Shown here: in pieces, positions 9,579-17,868 of the stretch
Layout: each line of letters opens with the position of its first letter
Numbering within the stretch: the first letter of the stretch is position 1
Virus record (IMG/VR): IMGVR_UViG_3300031758_000531
Coordinates: 1-25,194 of that record
Direction: 5' to 3' (one strand)
DNA: 25,194 nt
DNA from: a virus
Lineage: Duplodnaviria > Caudoviricetes
Position numbers and translations under genes: made by a program
The notes under the pieces: generated by a model
Seen by the model: the letters and a program-made list of their open reading frames with translations, nothing else
What the model was told of the DNA's origin: nothing
Databases searched by the model: none

Positions 9579-11570
9579 CTACCTAATCATTTTTCTAATA
9601 CTTCCGTCGTCATAAATTTCAATAACAAACCCCTTTGTGTAATCAGGATTTACTTCTTGACCCATTAAATTTACATATTTAATAATTTTCTTCTCAGTAA
9701 TTGTTTTTGTTACTAATATTGGTCCGTAAGTTTCAAATTTACCATCAATATCAAATTGTTGTAATCTATAATAAGTTAATTCATTTAAATTATAATCAAT
9801 ATAAGAATACTTTAATTCTTGTATTGAGTTACCGGCTGACGGAATTGTTGTGATTTTTCTCCAATTCTCACCGTTTACTGACACCTCTAAATCAAAATGA
9901 CTTGAGTTATTTTCACTTGCTGTTGTCCATTTAACAACATTCCACTGAGGGTATGGTGTGGCTTCAAATTGTGTTAATTCTACAGGTAATGAAATAGGGT
10001 TAGATATTCTTATTGTATACTCTTCAATTTCACCATAACCATAACCTATTGAATAATAAGCGTCAATATCAGGTGTATTATTCCATACAGATAATACTCT
10101 CATTAAAACGTCCCCTGTTACCGCATCTGAAGGTATTGTTACAAGTTGTGATGTAGAATTTGCAGTTGCTTTTAACAAAACATTTTCTGTTGTTTGTAAG
10201 ACACCATCACCGTTCCAATCAATCCAAGCAGCATAACCTTGTCCTGGATTTAAAGTGTTTGCTGCAGTTACAGATAAATTGTAAGGTTCACCTTTTGTAA
10301 CATTTGCAATTATTGAGGTATAATCTGAATAAGCATCACCGTCATTAGTCGTTGTATTATTTATATCATTAAAAGTAACATTTGTTATATGATCTCCATC
10401 AACAATTCCTGATGAATATGGTGGTGCACTTTTAAGTGTTATATTTACAATATTAGAAACACCAGATGGACAAGTACCGTCTTTTGATGTTGTTCTAAAA
10501 TACGCATTTGTTTCTTGTACGTTTAATTGAATGTTGTACGGATTTGCGGGGTTTGTAACAGTACCGTCTACTGTCGTAAAATTATCAAATGACCACTCAA
10601 TTTTTGTTATTGACCCACCATTTCCGGTAGTCGTTAAAGAAACCCCATCATTAACTGTTGTTAAACTTTTATTAGTACTTAATGTTCCTCCATTTGTTGG
10701 TGTTGTACATATCGTAACTGATGTTACTGTTGCTTGGAAACCAACCCTAATACCACTAATATCTGAAGTAAACCTTAATGTAAGTTGTCCTGAAGCATTT
10801 TCAGCAGTAATAGTTGCAGGTAATGATGTACCATTTAATGTTGCAAGTAAGGGAGAACTTGTATTTGGCCCATCATAAACATATAAGAAATCATAAACGG
10901 CCTCTATGTTGAATGATGAAAAATTTAATTGTAATTTTTTTGTATTGTCAGATGGTGTTAAAGTTACTGTTTGATCTAAATTATTATTGTATGTGTCAGT
11001 AGGTCCTCCGGCATCAGTTATTGTATAAGTAAGTGTAGATGTTAATGTTTGACTACAATTTCCTAAAAATGGTATTAGTGTATTTTGATTTGTTACAGTT
11101 GATGTAATACCTAAATCATCGACATATCTTTCGTGTGCACCTGATGCTCTACCATCTAAAAGTCTTATAAAAACATTTGTAAGACCTAAAGCACCAATAT
11201 TTAAAGTGTATTGTTGATAGGTTGTTGTTAGTGCTGATACGGTACCCCTTGTTGTCCAAGTTGTTCCGTCAGGAGATGTTTGAACATTTAAAGTCCAAGC
11301 AGTTGAGTTACTACTTCTTCTATACCAAAAAGAAAGAACACCAGGATTTGCAATTTGTGGTGTTCTAATCCAATCACCGGCACCATTAAATCCTGCCGCA
11401 TAATTACCGGTTCTTACTGGTGAAGTTGATGCAAGTATGGAATTTACACCCCATGTACCTCCTTGTGTTGTTAATGTACTTGTAAAACTTTCGTAAATTA
11501 AATATTGATTACATTGTGAATTTGCTATCAGACTGATAAGCATGGTTAAAATTAAAAACAGTTTTTTCAT
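9579..11570 (-). CDS. Secreted adhesin-like protein with CUB and GEVED domains and a T9SS-CTD-like C-terminus, 663 aa
   Basis: Signal peptide MKKLFLILTMLISLIANS|Q. CUB signature (DAGG..YNNN...FSSFNIE..YDFLYVYDG...LTLRFTSD...GF.A). GEVED signature (WIDWNGDG...MRV...YGEIEEY). An LPVELTQFEA...WTTASENNSSHF module typical of Bacteroidota T9SS cargo. C-terminus VNLMGQEV...IYDDGSIRKMIR. Confidence 0.85.
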   Translation of the reverse strand: MKKLFLILTMLISLIANSQCNQYLIYESFTSTLTTQGGTWGVNSILASTSPVRTGNYAAGFNGAGDWIRTPQIANPGVLSFWYRRSSNSTAWTLNVQTSPDGTTWTTRGTVSALTTTYQQYTLNIGALGLTNVFIRLLDGRASGAHERYVDDLGITSTVTNQNTLIPFLGNCSQTLTSTLTYTITDAGGPTDTYNNNLDQTVTLTPSDNTKKLQLNFSSFNIEAVYDFLYVYDGPNTSSPLLATLNGTSLPATITAENASGQLTLRFTSDISGIRVGFQATVTSVTICTTPTNGGTLSTNKSLTTVNDGVSLTTTGNGGSITKIEWSFDNFTTVDGTVTNPANPYNIQLNVQETNAYFRTTSKDGTCPSGVSNIVNITLKSAPPYSSGIVDGDHITNVTFNDINNTTTNDGDAYSDYTSIIANVTKGEPYNLSVTAANTLNPGQGYAAWIDWNGDGVLQTTENVLLKATANSTSQLVTIPSDAVTGDVLMRVLSVWNNTPDIDAYYSIGYGYGEIEEYTIRISNPISLPVELTQFEATPYPQWNVVKWTTASENNSSHFDLEVSVNGENWRKITTIPSAGNSIQELKYSYIDYNLNELTYYRLQQFDIDGKFETYGPILVTKTITEKKIIKYVNLMGQEVNPDYTKGFVIEIYDDGSIRKMIR

Positions 11571-11589
11571 TTAAGTATTTTTAAAAAAT

Positions 11590-11674
11590 AAGATTTCCCC
11601 TATAAATAAATATAGGGGAACTCCTGATTGATCAACCATTTTAATGTGTAAATGAATATTTATGGGGAAATCTT
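11590..11674. repeat. Nested inverted repeats upstream of the adhesin-like gene
   Basis: ttcccctata (11595-11604) and tataggggaa (11611-11620) form a perfect 10-bp IR. The segment aagatttcccc(t)ataaata (11590-11608) is also complementary to tatttatggggaaatctt at about 11657-11674. Confidence 0.8.
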
Positions 11675-11780
11675 TTATATCTACACTCCTATAATGATTA
11701 TCTTAAATACTGTCGTTATTGAAAACATGGTCATAAAGACTAAAGAGAACAATTTTAGATTATCTAAAAACTTTTTCATA

Positions 11781-13235
11781 TTAATTTTTGTATATTTTTT
11801 TGATTATTAAATTATTGCTAACAATAAAGTAAAACCCAGGTAACGCGTTTTCTAAGTTTGTTACTTTGCCGTTTATGTCGATTACTGTCAAGTTTGATAA
11901 GTCATCACCTAAAGTTATTTTATCTTTGTTATCCCACCCGAAGTGATTTCCATTACCACCTTGATTACCGTTGTTTCCTCCACCTTGGCCAGGGTTAGAG
12001 TTATCAACACCGTCAGCATCGTTTCCGTGACCGTTATTACCATCTTCCACTTCTTGAATCATGTTCCAAGCAGTTTGAACTGCCAATCCTGAGTTTAATC
12101 TTCCCGATCCGATTTTACCTACATAGTTAGGATTTAAAATATCTATGTTAGTTGCTGTTAATCTTAAAATTGAATCTATTTCTTGATTTGTTAAGTCAGG
12201 TTTAACAGATAACATAAGTGCAACTGTTCCTGTTACGTAAGGAGCTGCAAATGATGTTCCTGAAGAGTAAGTATACCACCCCGGTGCCGGTGTCAATAAT
12301 ACGTTGTGGCCAGGTGCACAAATATCTACACTTGAATTTGTTTGGTGTCTTGTGTTAGGATTACCGATTGTTTTTTCGATATTATCTTGTGAACCTACAC
12401 TTGTTACTGAAAATACGTGATTATAAGACGCAGGATATACTAATGTGTTTGGTCCTCCACATGTAGTTCCGTTTCCTGCTGAAGCCACGATAAATGTGCC
12501 GTTATTATAAACCTCATCAATAGCCATTTGAGCATAAGGGTTAAAAGAACAACCTGAAGCCCAAGATAAGTTAATTACTTTGGCTCCAGAGTAAGATGCG
12601 ATTAACATGTCGTTATAGTTCATTCTATAAAGACTAAGTGTTGTGTTGTAACCGATTGACGATAAACCGATTGAGTTGTTTGTGTTTCCCGCAACTATTG
12701 TTGCCACGGCCGTACCATGTGTACGGGTTGATGTGTTTGTGTTGTCATAATAATTAATTTTACCTGTTAATTCTTCGTGATTTGTATAGAAGTTTTGATC
12801 TGATACCGCCACGTTTATTGTTGAGTCTCCTGTTGTATAAACCCAAGCATTTTCTGCCCCTATTAAATCTAAAGCCCAATTAGATGTTGAAACTATATTA
12901 TAATCATTTGGTAATTCTAGGGTTTCGTATGTTGGTCCGTATTCTAACCCCTTTAATCCGTTTACTCTACTTAATGATACATATAAATCAGTTATATCAC
13001 AATGACTACAAGTAAATTCAAATACATTTTGTAATTTTTCTTGTTTTGAAGAAGGAAACGCTTTATAGTAAGTTAAGTCAGTATGTAAATCTGTAACTAT
13101 TGAAATAAATTGTGTATTTCTTTGTAATTGTTCTACATTTTCTACAGTCACCCATACAGAATTTTTTTGTCCGAAAGATACTACAGTTATTAAACTGATT
13201 AGTAATGTTGTAATTGTTGTTTTTAAGTTTTTCAT
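11781..13235 (-). CDS. S8 (subtilisin-like) serine protease with signal peptide and T9SS-CTD-like C-terminus, 484 aa
   Basis: Catalytic motifs VAVSD (Asp), HGTAVA (His), SAGN (oxyanion Asn) and GTSFAAP (Ser). Signal peptide ...ITVVSFG|Q followed by a prodomain-sized region. G/N-rich linker and C-terminal VIDINGKV...LPGFYFIV...KKIYKN. Confidence 0.9.
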   Translation of the reverse strand: MKNLKTTITTLLISLITVVSFGQKNSVWVTVENVEQLQRNTQFISIVTDLHTDLTYYKAFPSSKQEKLQNVFEFTCSHCDITDLYVSLSRVNGLKGLEYGPTYETLELPNDYNIVSTSNWALDLIGAENAWVYTTGDSTINVAVSDQNFYTNHEELTGKINYYDNTNTSTRTHGTAVATIVAGNTNNSIGLSSIGYNTTLSLYRMNYNDMLIASYSGAKVINLSWASGCSFNPYAQMAIDEVYNNGTFIVASAGNGTTCGGPNTLVYPASYNHVFSVTSVGSQDNIEKTIGNPNTRHQTNSSVDICAPGHNVLLTPAPGWYTYSSGTSFAAPYVTGTVALMLSVKPDLTNQEIDSILRLTATNIDILNPNYVGKIGSGRLNSGLAVQTAWNMIQEVEDGNNGHGNDADGVDNSNPGQGGGNNGNQGGNGNHFGWDNKDKITLGDDLSNLTVIDINGKVTNLENALPGFYFIVSNNLIIKKIYKN

Positions 13236-13392
13236 AATCTATTAGTTTTATTTTGTCTACACCAATAGATATTCTATTATACAAGGGAAAACCACTTTTA
13301 GATACCCCCTAAACAGTCAATTTAAGTTATCACAATTAGTTATTAATATGTGAAAATACGTAGATATATACGTAATAAAAACTAATTTTTAT

Positions 13393-13426
13393 AAAAACAA
13401 AAAAGGTCAGAGTAATCTGACCTTTT
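13393..13426 (-). terminator. Intrinsic terminator downstream of the major capsid gene
   Basis: aaaaggtcaga-gtaa-tctgacctttt (13401-13426) is an 11-bp perfect stem, followed on the - strand by a U-rich run, about 20 nt after the MCP stop. Confidence 0.85.
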
Positions 13427-13445
13427 CCTATTCTAAAGATATTGA

Positions 13446-15251
13446 TTATCTCAATTCTTGTAAGTCGAATGTTCTAACTCCATCAACTGTGATTCTACCA
13501 TAGAAACGGTTGTTAACCATTTTCTTAGCGTATCTTGTCATGATACCTTTGATAGGTGTAAAGTTGAATGGGTTATACATTGTAGGTGTTAACTGTAGAG
13601 GAACATACGGAGCGTATACATATCCTGTGTCTAACAAAGATGAACCTTTGTGTCCGATAAGGATTTGGTTAGCCGGGAAGTATGGATCTCTATACACTTG
13701 GTAACGACCTGCTAATGTACCAACTCTTTCGATACCCATGTTGTACTGATCTTGCTCAGGTGAAGCGTTAGATACGTGGAAGTACTCTAGGTCATCAAAA
13801 ATAGCTGAAACTTCAGAAGAAACAACAATCCAGTTAGCCCCACCTCTCAATGTAGATTTGTGGATTTGTGCTGACAATTGGTTGATTGCTGTGATCAATG
13901 TTTGATTCCAGTCTTTTTGAGTGTAAGTCATGTTTCCTGAAATTCTTCTCCATCCGTTGTAATCCCATCTTAGGTTCCAAGCCGCCCCTTTTCTAAGGTC
14001 TCTCAAGATTTCTCTATCGATTTCTGCCGCCACTTGCTCAGACAATAAAGCTGTTAATTCAGCCTCAGCGTCGATGTTATGGAATGCAGAAACGTCTTGT
14101 GCCAATTCAGGTGACCATTGAGCTCTTAGTTTTCTTTCTGTAACCGATACAGTAACTGACTCAAGGTCAAAAGATACTTCACCGATTTTATCTTCGAATT
14201 CTAATTCAGCATATCTTCTAAATACAGCCAAGAACGCAGTTCCTGCAACTAATTTAGTGATAGATGCTCCTGTGTAACCATCTAAAGAACTAGCGTTACA
14301 GTCAGCACATACTGGACAAGATAAATCTACTTCTAAGTAAATACAACCGTTTTGGTCACATACGTTATCATAAGAACCACCATTTCCGTTAGGGAAAGTA
14401 GTACTAACTTGAGAATAAGTAGGACTTACAATTCCTTTACCATATTGTTGAGTAACAACTCTGAACAATAAAGGTCCTGAACTAACTTCACATGGAGTAG
14501 TTGCTGCTGTTAAACCAGCTGACTTGATGATTTTTAAATCAGAAAGAAAAGTTTCTGTATCGATTTCTGAACCATCAGGACCCATTAATTTACCAACACC
14601 GTTATCGTAGAAACCACACATTTTAACAATTACTTTTCTTGTGCTTGAACCGTCAAACTGAGTAGATGCTTCAGTTAATGATCCGTTGTTCCAAACTTGT
14701 ACTGTTGTTGTAGCAGTAACCGCTGTCCAAGTACCTTTTGAATAATCAAACAATCCTGGAGGATCTAATGCTGCTTCAGCACCTTCATAAAATAAATCGT
14801 AAAGGTTTTTAGCATATGCGTTAGCATCATTGTAACCTGAATTAGTATCAGTTGTTGAATTTGGTGCTCCGATTGGTGCAAAGTGTGTGTTAGGGTTAGC
14901 TGCTCCACCATTATACCCTTGAATTTTAGGTACGAAGTAGAACAATTTACCGATTGGTAAGTTCATTGCTTGTACAGAAACGATGTCATTCGCTAACAAT
15001 TTAGAGAATACTCTTCTAACGATAGGAAATACTACAGTTTCGAATGAACCTGAACTATCAGTTGATGCCGCTTCGTTGATTAAGTGAGACGCTTGGTTTT
15101 CATATAATTGTGCCATGTTCTCTTTGATGTGTCCTCTTAGACCATCTAGGAATCCTAATCTATCCCATTTGCTAATTGTATCTTCTTTGATAACTTTAAG
15201 GTGTTTAAGACCGATGTTACCAACAAGACCTGATTCTAATAATGCTCCCAT
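13446..15251 (-). CDS. Major capsid protein (T4 gp23-like), 601 aa
   Basis: gp23-type motifs VSVQAMNLPIG, RKLRAQWSPELAQD, AEAELTALLSEQVAAEIDREI, YAPYVPL and FTPIKGIMTRYA; follows the protease and scaffold genes. Confidence 0.96.
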   Translation of the reverse strand: MGALLESGLVGNIGLKHLKVIKEDTISKWDRLGFLDGLRGHIKENMAQLYENQASHLINEAASTDSSGSFETVVFPIVRRVFSKLLANDIVSVQAMNLPIGKLFYFVPKIQGYNGGAANPNTHFAPIGAPNSTTDTNSGYNDANAYAKNLYDLFYEGAEAALDPPGLFDYSKGTWTAVTATTTVQVWNNGSLTEASTQFDGSSTRKVIVKMCGFYDNGVGKLMGPDGSEIDTETFLSDLKIIKSAGLTAATTPCEVSSGPLLFRVVTQQYGKGIVSPTYSQVSTTFPNGNGGSYDNVCDQNGCIYLEVDLSCPVCADCNASSLDGYTGASITKLVAGTAFLAVFRRYAELEFEDKIGEVSFDLESVTVSVTERKLRAQWSPELAQDVSAFHNIDAEAELTALLSEQVAAEIDREILRDLRKGAAWNLRWDYNGWRRISGNMTYTQKDWNQTLITAINQLSAQIHKSTLRGGANWIVVSSEVSAIFDDLEYFHVSNASPEQDQYNMGIERVGTLAGRYQVYRDPYFPANQILIGHKGSSLLDTGYVYAPYVPLQLTPTMYNPFNFTPIKGIMTRYAKKMVNNRFYGRITVDGVRTFDLQELR

Positions 15252-15293
15252 TTTTTTATTTTTTAATTAGAGTTTATTTTTATTTTATGTATA

Positions 15294-15300
15294 ATAAATA
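15294..15300 (-). promoter_or_regulatory. TATTTAT motif, candidate late promoter of the MCP gene
   Basis: gtaTATTTATtatac on the - strand, 42 nt before the MCP ATG. Confidence 0.5.
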
Positions 15301-15325
15301 TACAGTTTTTTAAAAAAGTTTATTT

Positions 15326-16780
15326 TTATTGAATTTTTGCCATTAAATCCTTCATTCTCAAGAATTGTGGATTTTCATAGGTTTTAGTTTCGATTAGATT
15401 TGTTGCCGATCCTGTTTGTGGAGATCTTGAAACATTTCTTTGAACTGATTCTTTGATTGACTCCTTAACAACATTAGTCGAACCTTTTCCGTCTAATTCG
15501 TTTTTAATTGATTTGTAAAGATTTTTAGATTCTTTCAAAGACTCGACATCATCAAATCTTCTAAGAATATTTATCTTTTCTTGTTTGGTTGTAGAATGTT
15601 CTGTAAACAAACGTGTAGAATAAGCAAGATTTGAGTTGAATACTGCAACCTCGTTTAATTTGTTTCTGAAGAAATCTAAGGCCTTTTTATATTCTTCATT
15701 TTTTTCTCTTAACAAATTAACTTCTGATTCTAGAGATTCTACTCTAATGTGTCTTGGTGCTGTTCTTACTTTTGGTAAGCCCTTTCTACCCCAATACTTT
15801 CCATTTCCTAAAGTTCTAGCAGCTTCTTTAGTTTCGGTTTCTTTATAATCTTTTTCACCATAAACTAAATCTTCAGCACCTTCTTCTTCAGTCCATTGAC
15901 TTTCTTTTTCTTCGTCACTTGTTTCAGTAACACCATGTTTCATTTTAGAAGGGTATTTGGTTGCTGATTTAGCGTTTCCACCTTTACCATGTCTTTTTGG
16001 TCCTACTTTTGGTAGTTTATCAAACCCTCCTGACATGTTAGGGTTTTTTGAATACTTGAAAGATTCCAAAACTGATTCCAAAGCTTCTTGGTCAATTTCA
16101 AAAACAGCCTCATCTTCTTCCTCTATTTCTTCATTTTCATAATATTCGCCCTCAGTTTCTTCGTAACCTTTCTTATACATTTCTTTTGGTTCTTTCATCG
16201 GTACAGGTTCAAATTCACCGCTTTCGATGCCACTCAATACAGAGTCAAAACCCATATCTTCTGATTCGTTCATATTCCCTTGTGTGTTTAAGTCATCCAT
16301 CACAATAATATATTCATTTTCTTGATCTTTGATGTGGATATCTCCGCTTTCGTCTTTTTTAACGTAAATACCATCTTCATCTCCCATCGCTTTGAATACT
16401 TTAAACACATCACTCATAGGTGATTTAGTCATGTCAAGTGGTGGTAACTCTGGTTTATTAGTATCCATAGTTGATACTGTTGGTTCACCTATTGGTGTTG
16501 CTTCAGTGTCTACTTCAACTTCATCTTCTACATCTTCTTCGTCTGGCATTTGATCACCTTCTTCATCTGGCATTTGATCACCTTCTTCATCTGGTGCATC
16601 TCCTTGTTCATGTAGATTTCTTTTTTTTGAACCACTTAATGATTCCTTTACTAATTCGCTGATTTCTTCCTTCATTGTAGAAGCAAGTATTCCTTTTGCA
16701 TTTTCACTGATAAGTTCTTCAAGGTTCTTCATTGAAAGAAGAGCCTCTTCAACTACAGAATTCGATTTTAATTCACTCAT
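15326..16780 (-). CDS. Prohead core/scaffold protein (T4 gp22-like position); likely start is ATG 16780 (484 aa)
   Basis: Highly acidic, low-complexity and coiled-coil protein directly upstream of MCP. The listed TTG start at 16864 would run through AT-rich intergenic-like DNA containing a TATTTAT motif, so aaaaaaATG (MSELK) is preferred. Confidence 0.75.
   Translation of the reverse strand: MSELKSNSVVEEALLSMKNLEELISENAKGILASTMKEEISELVKESLSGSKKRNLHEQGDAPDEEGDQMPDEEGDQMPDEEDVEDEVEVDTEATPIGEPTVSTMDTNKPELPPLDMTKSPMSDVFKVFKAMGDEDGIYVKKDESGDIHIKDQENEYIIVMDDLNTQGNMNESEDMGFDSVLSGIESGEFEPVPMKEPKEMYKKGYEETEGEYYENEEIEEEDEAVFEIDQEALESVLESFKYSKNPNMSGGFDKLPKVGPKRHGKGGNAKSATKYPSKMKHGVTETSDEEKESQWTEEEGAEDLVYGEKDYKETETKEAARTLGNGKYWGRKGLPKVRTAPRHIRVESLESEVNLLREKNEEYKKALDFFRNKLNEVAVFNSNLAYSTRLFTEHSTTKQEKINILRRFDDVESLKESKNLYKSIKNELDGKGSTNVVKESIKESVQRNVSRSPQTGSATNLIETKTYENPQFLRMKDLMAKIQ
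16534..16594 (-). repeat. 24-bp in-frame tandem repeat (about 2.5 copies, PDEEGDQM)
   Basis: cttcttc(g/a)tctggcatttgatcac twice, plus a partial third copy. Confidence 0.9.
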
Positions 16781-16814
16781 TTTTTTCGCAAAGTGTTTTT
16801 TGTTTATTTTATAG

Positions 16815-16821
16815 ATAAATA
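16815..16821 (-). promoter_or_regulatory. TATTTAT motif, candidate late promoter of the scaffold gene
   Basis: gataTATTTATctata on the - strand, 34 nt before ATG 16780 and downstream of a terminator. Confidence 0.5.
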
Positions 16822-16880
16822 TATCATTTTTCAAAAAAAACCTTTTATTGTATGTGTTATTCAAAAAAAAGTGAAAAAAT

Positions 16881-16914
16881 AAAAAAAGGGATAACTAATG
16901 TTACCCCCCTTTTT
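16881..16914 (-). terminator. Intrinsic terminator after the 69-aa gene
   Basis: The - strand reads ggggtaac-atta-gttatccc (one G-U pair) followed by T7. Confidence 0.75.
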
Positions 16915-16935
16915 CTTGATTCTAAATTTTATTAA

Positions 16936-17145
16936 TTATTCAATTACCTCGTCAATTTTACTTTCAACTATTGCTGTTATTCTCCAATCTAAAGTGTATG
17001 ATTCATACGCCTTTGTGACTTTTGCTTCAACATCTGTTGGTGAAAAACCTTTGACTAGTTTTTCCTCTTTCATTTTTTTTACTTTACCTGTGTTCTCATC
17101 TACCATGTCTGTGGTAACCCTTGCAACAAAATACTTTTCATCCAT
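16936..17145 (-). CDS. Small protein resembling the Bacteroidota DUF4494 family, 69 aa
   Basis: YFVARV...ENTGKVKKMKEEKLVKGFSPTDVEAKV resembles the DUF4494 pattern (F..KV...ENG..KKV.E..LV.A.SFTEAEA), recalled from memory. Confidence 0.6.
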   Translation of the reverse strand: MDEKYFVARVTTDMVDENTGKVKKMKEEKLVKGFSPTDVEAKVTKAYESYTLDWRITAIVESKIDEVIE

Positions 17146-17155
17146 AACTTATTTT

Positions 17156-17860
17156 TTATTTATCCAAATAATCGGATAATTTTTTCATTAAGTAAATAGA
17201 TTTGTCTAAACTTGTTGATTCTACGTTTTCGTGCTCAGTAAGTTTTTCTTCGTACTTAGGTCTATCTTCTTTGTTTAAGTAAAGATATGCGCCAGGTGTA
17301 GAAGGTGAAGAAACTAAGTCAAAACAAATTAATTCAAAATCTTCCTGAACTTCATTTTGCTCTCCTTTTTTTACTAAAGACCCAACACCTCTAGAAGAAA
17401 CACCCATAGTCACTCCTTGTCTCATCATGTTAGCTGCCACATCTCCTTTTGAAGAAATAATACCTCTTTCGTGAAAACCAGGAGAGGTTAGTAATTTAAT
17501 CTTTCCCATCAAAACATTATCTTCCCACCAAACATCAGTAATTAAATGAGCAACTCTATCTAAATCAATAAGTGAAGATTCGGGGTGATTTAATTCAGAA
17601 ATCGCCATACCACGATTAATCATTTCCTTATATTTTTCAGCTTCCCTTTTTAAAATCTTTTCAGGATATATTCTACCGTTTCTATTTGGTACTCCATATT
17701 TCTGTAAAGTAGCATAAAATACAAATGGTTTAGAATGATCCAATTGTCCATAAGACTCTTTTATAACTTGACTATTTCTATGTTCGTTTGGATTTATAAT
17801 TCCAGCATCCCACTCAACTAGAATACCCTTACCACTATCATTTGGTCCTAATATTTTCAT
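17156..17860 (-). CDS. Prohead (maturation) protease, T4 gp21-like
   Basis: Motifs NRNGRIYP, ELNHP (His), GVSSRGVGS (Ser) and FDLVSSPSTPGAY. Confidence 0.93.
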   Translation of the reverse strand: MKILGPNDSGKGILVEWDAGIINPNEHRNSQVIKESYGQLDHSKPFVFYATLQKYGVPNRNGRIYPEKILKREAEKYKEMINRGMAISELNHPESSLIDLDRVAHLITDVWWEDNVLMGKIKLLTSPGFHERGIISSKGDVAANMMRQGVTMGVSSRGVGSLVKKGEQNEVQEDFELICFDLVSSPSTPGAYLYLNKEDRPKYEEKLTEHENVESTSLDKSIYLMKKLSDYLDK

Positions 17861-17868
17861 AATGTTTT

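Noticed and set aside
11571-11780. tRNA or known structured ncRNA in the longer intergenic regions
   Set aside because: No cloverleaf or T-loop signature was recognised here or in 13236-13445; an Infernal/tRNAscan run would be needed to exclude it fully.
11571-13445. Both spacers flanking the S8 gene are exactly 210 nt; possible mobile-element ends
   Set aside because: The spacers share no extended sequence similarity, and no target duplication, transposase or recombinase is seen; likely coincidence.
16781-16864. N-terminal 28 codons of the listed 512-aa scaffold ORF
   Set aside because: TTG start in AT-rich spacer DNA between a terminator and a TATTTAT motif; ATG 16780 is more plausible.
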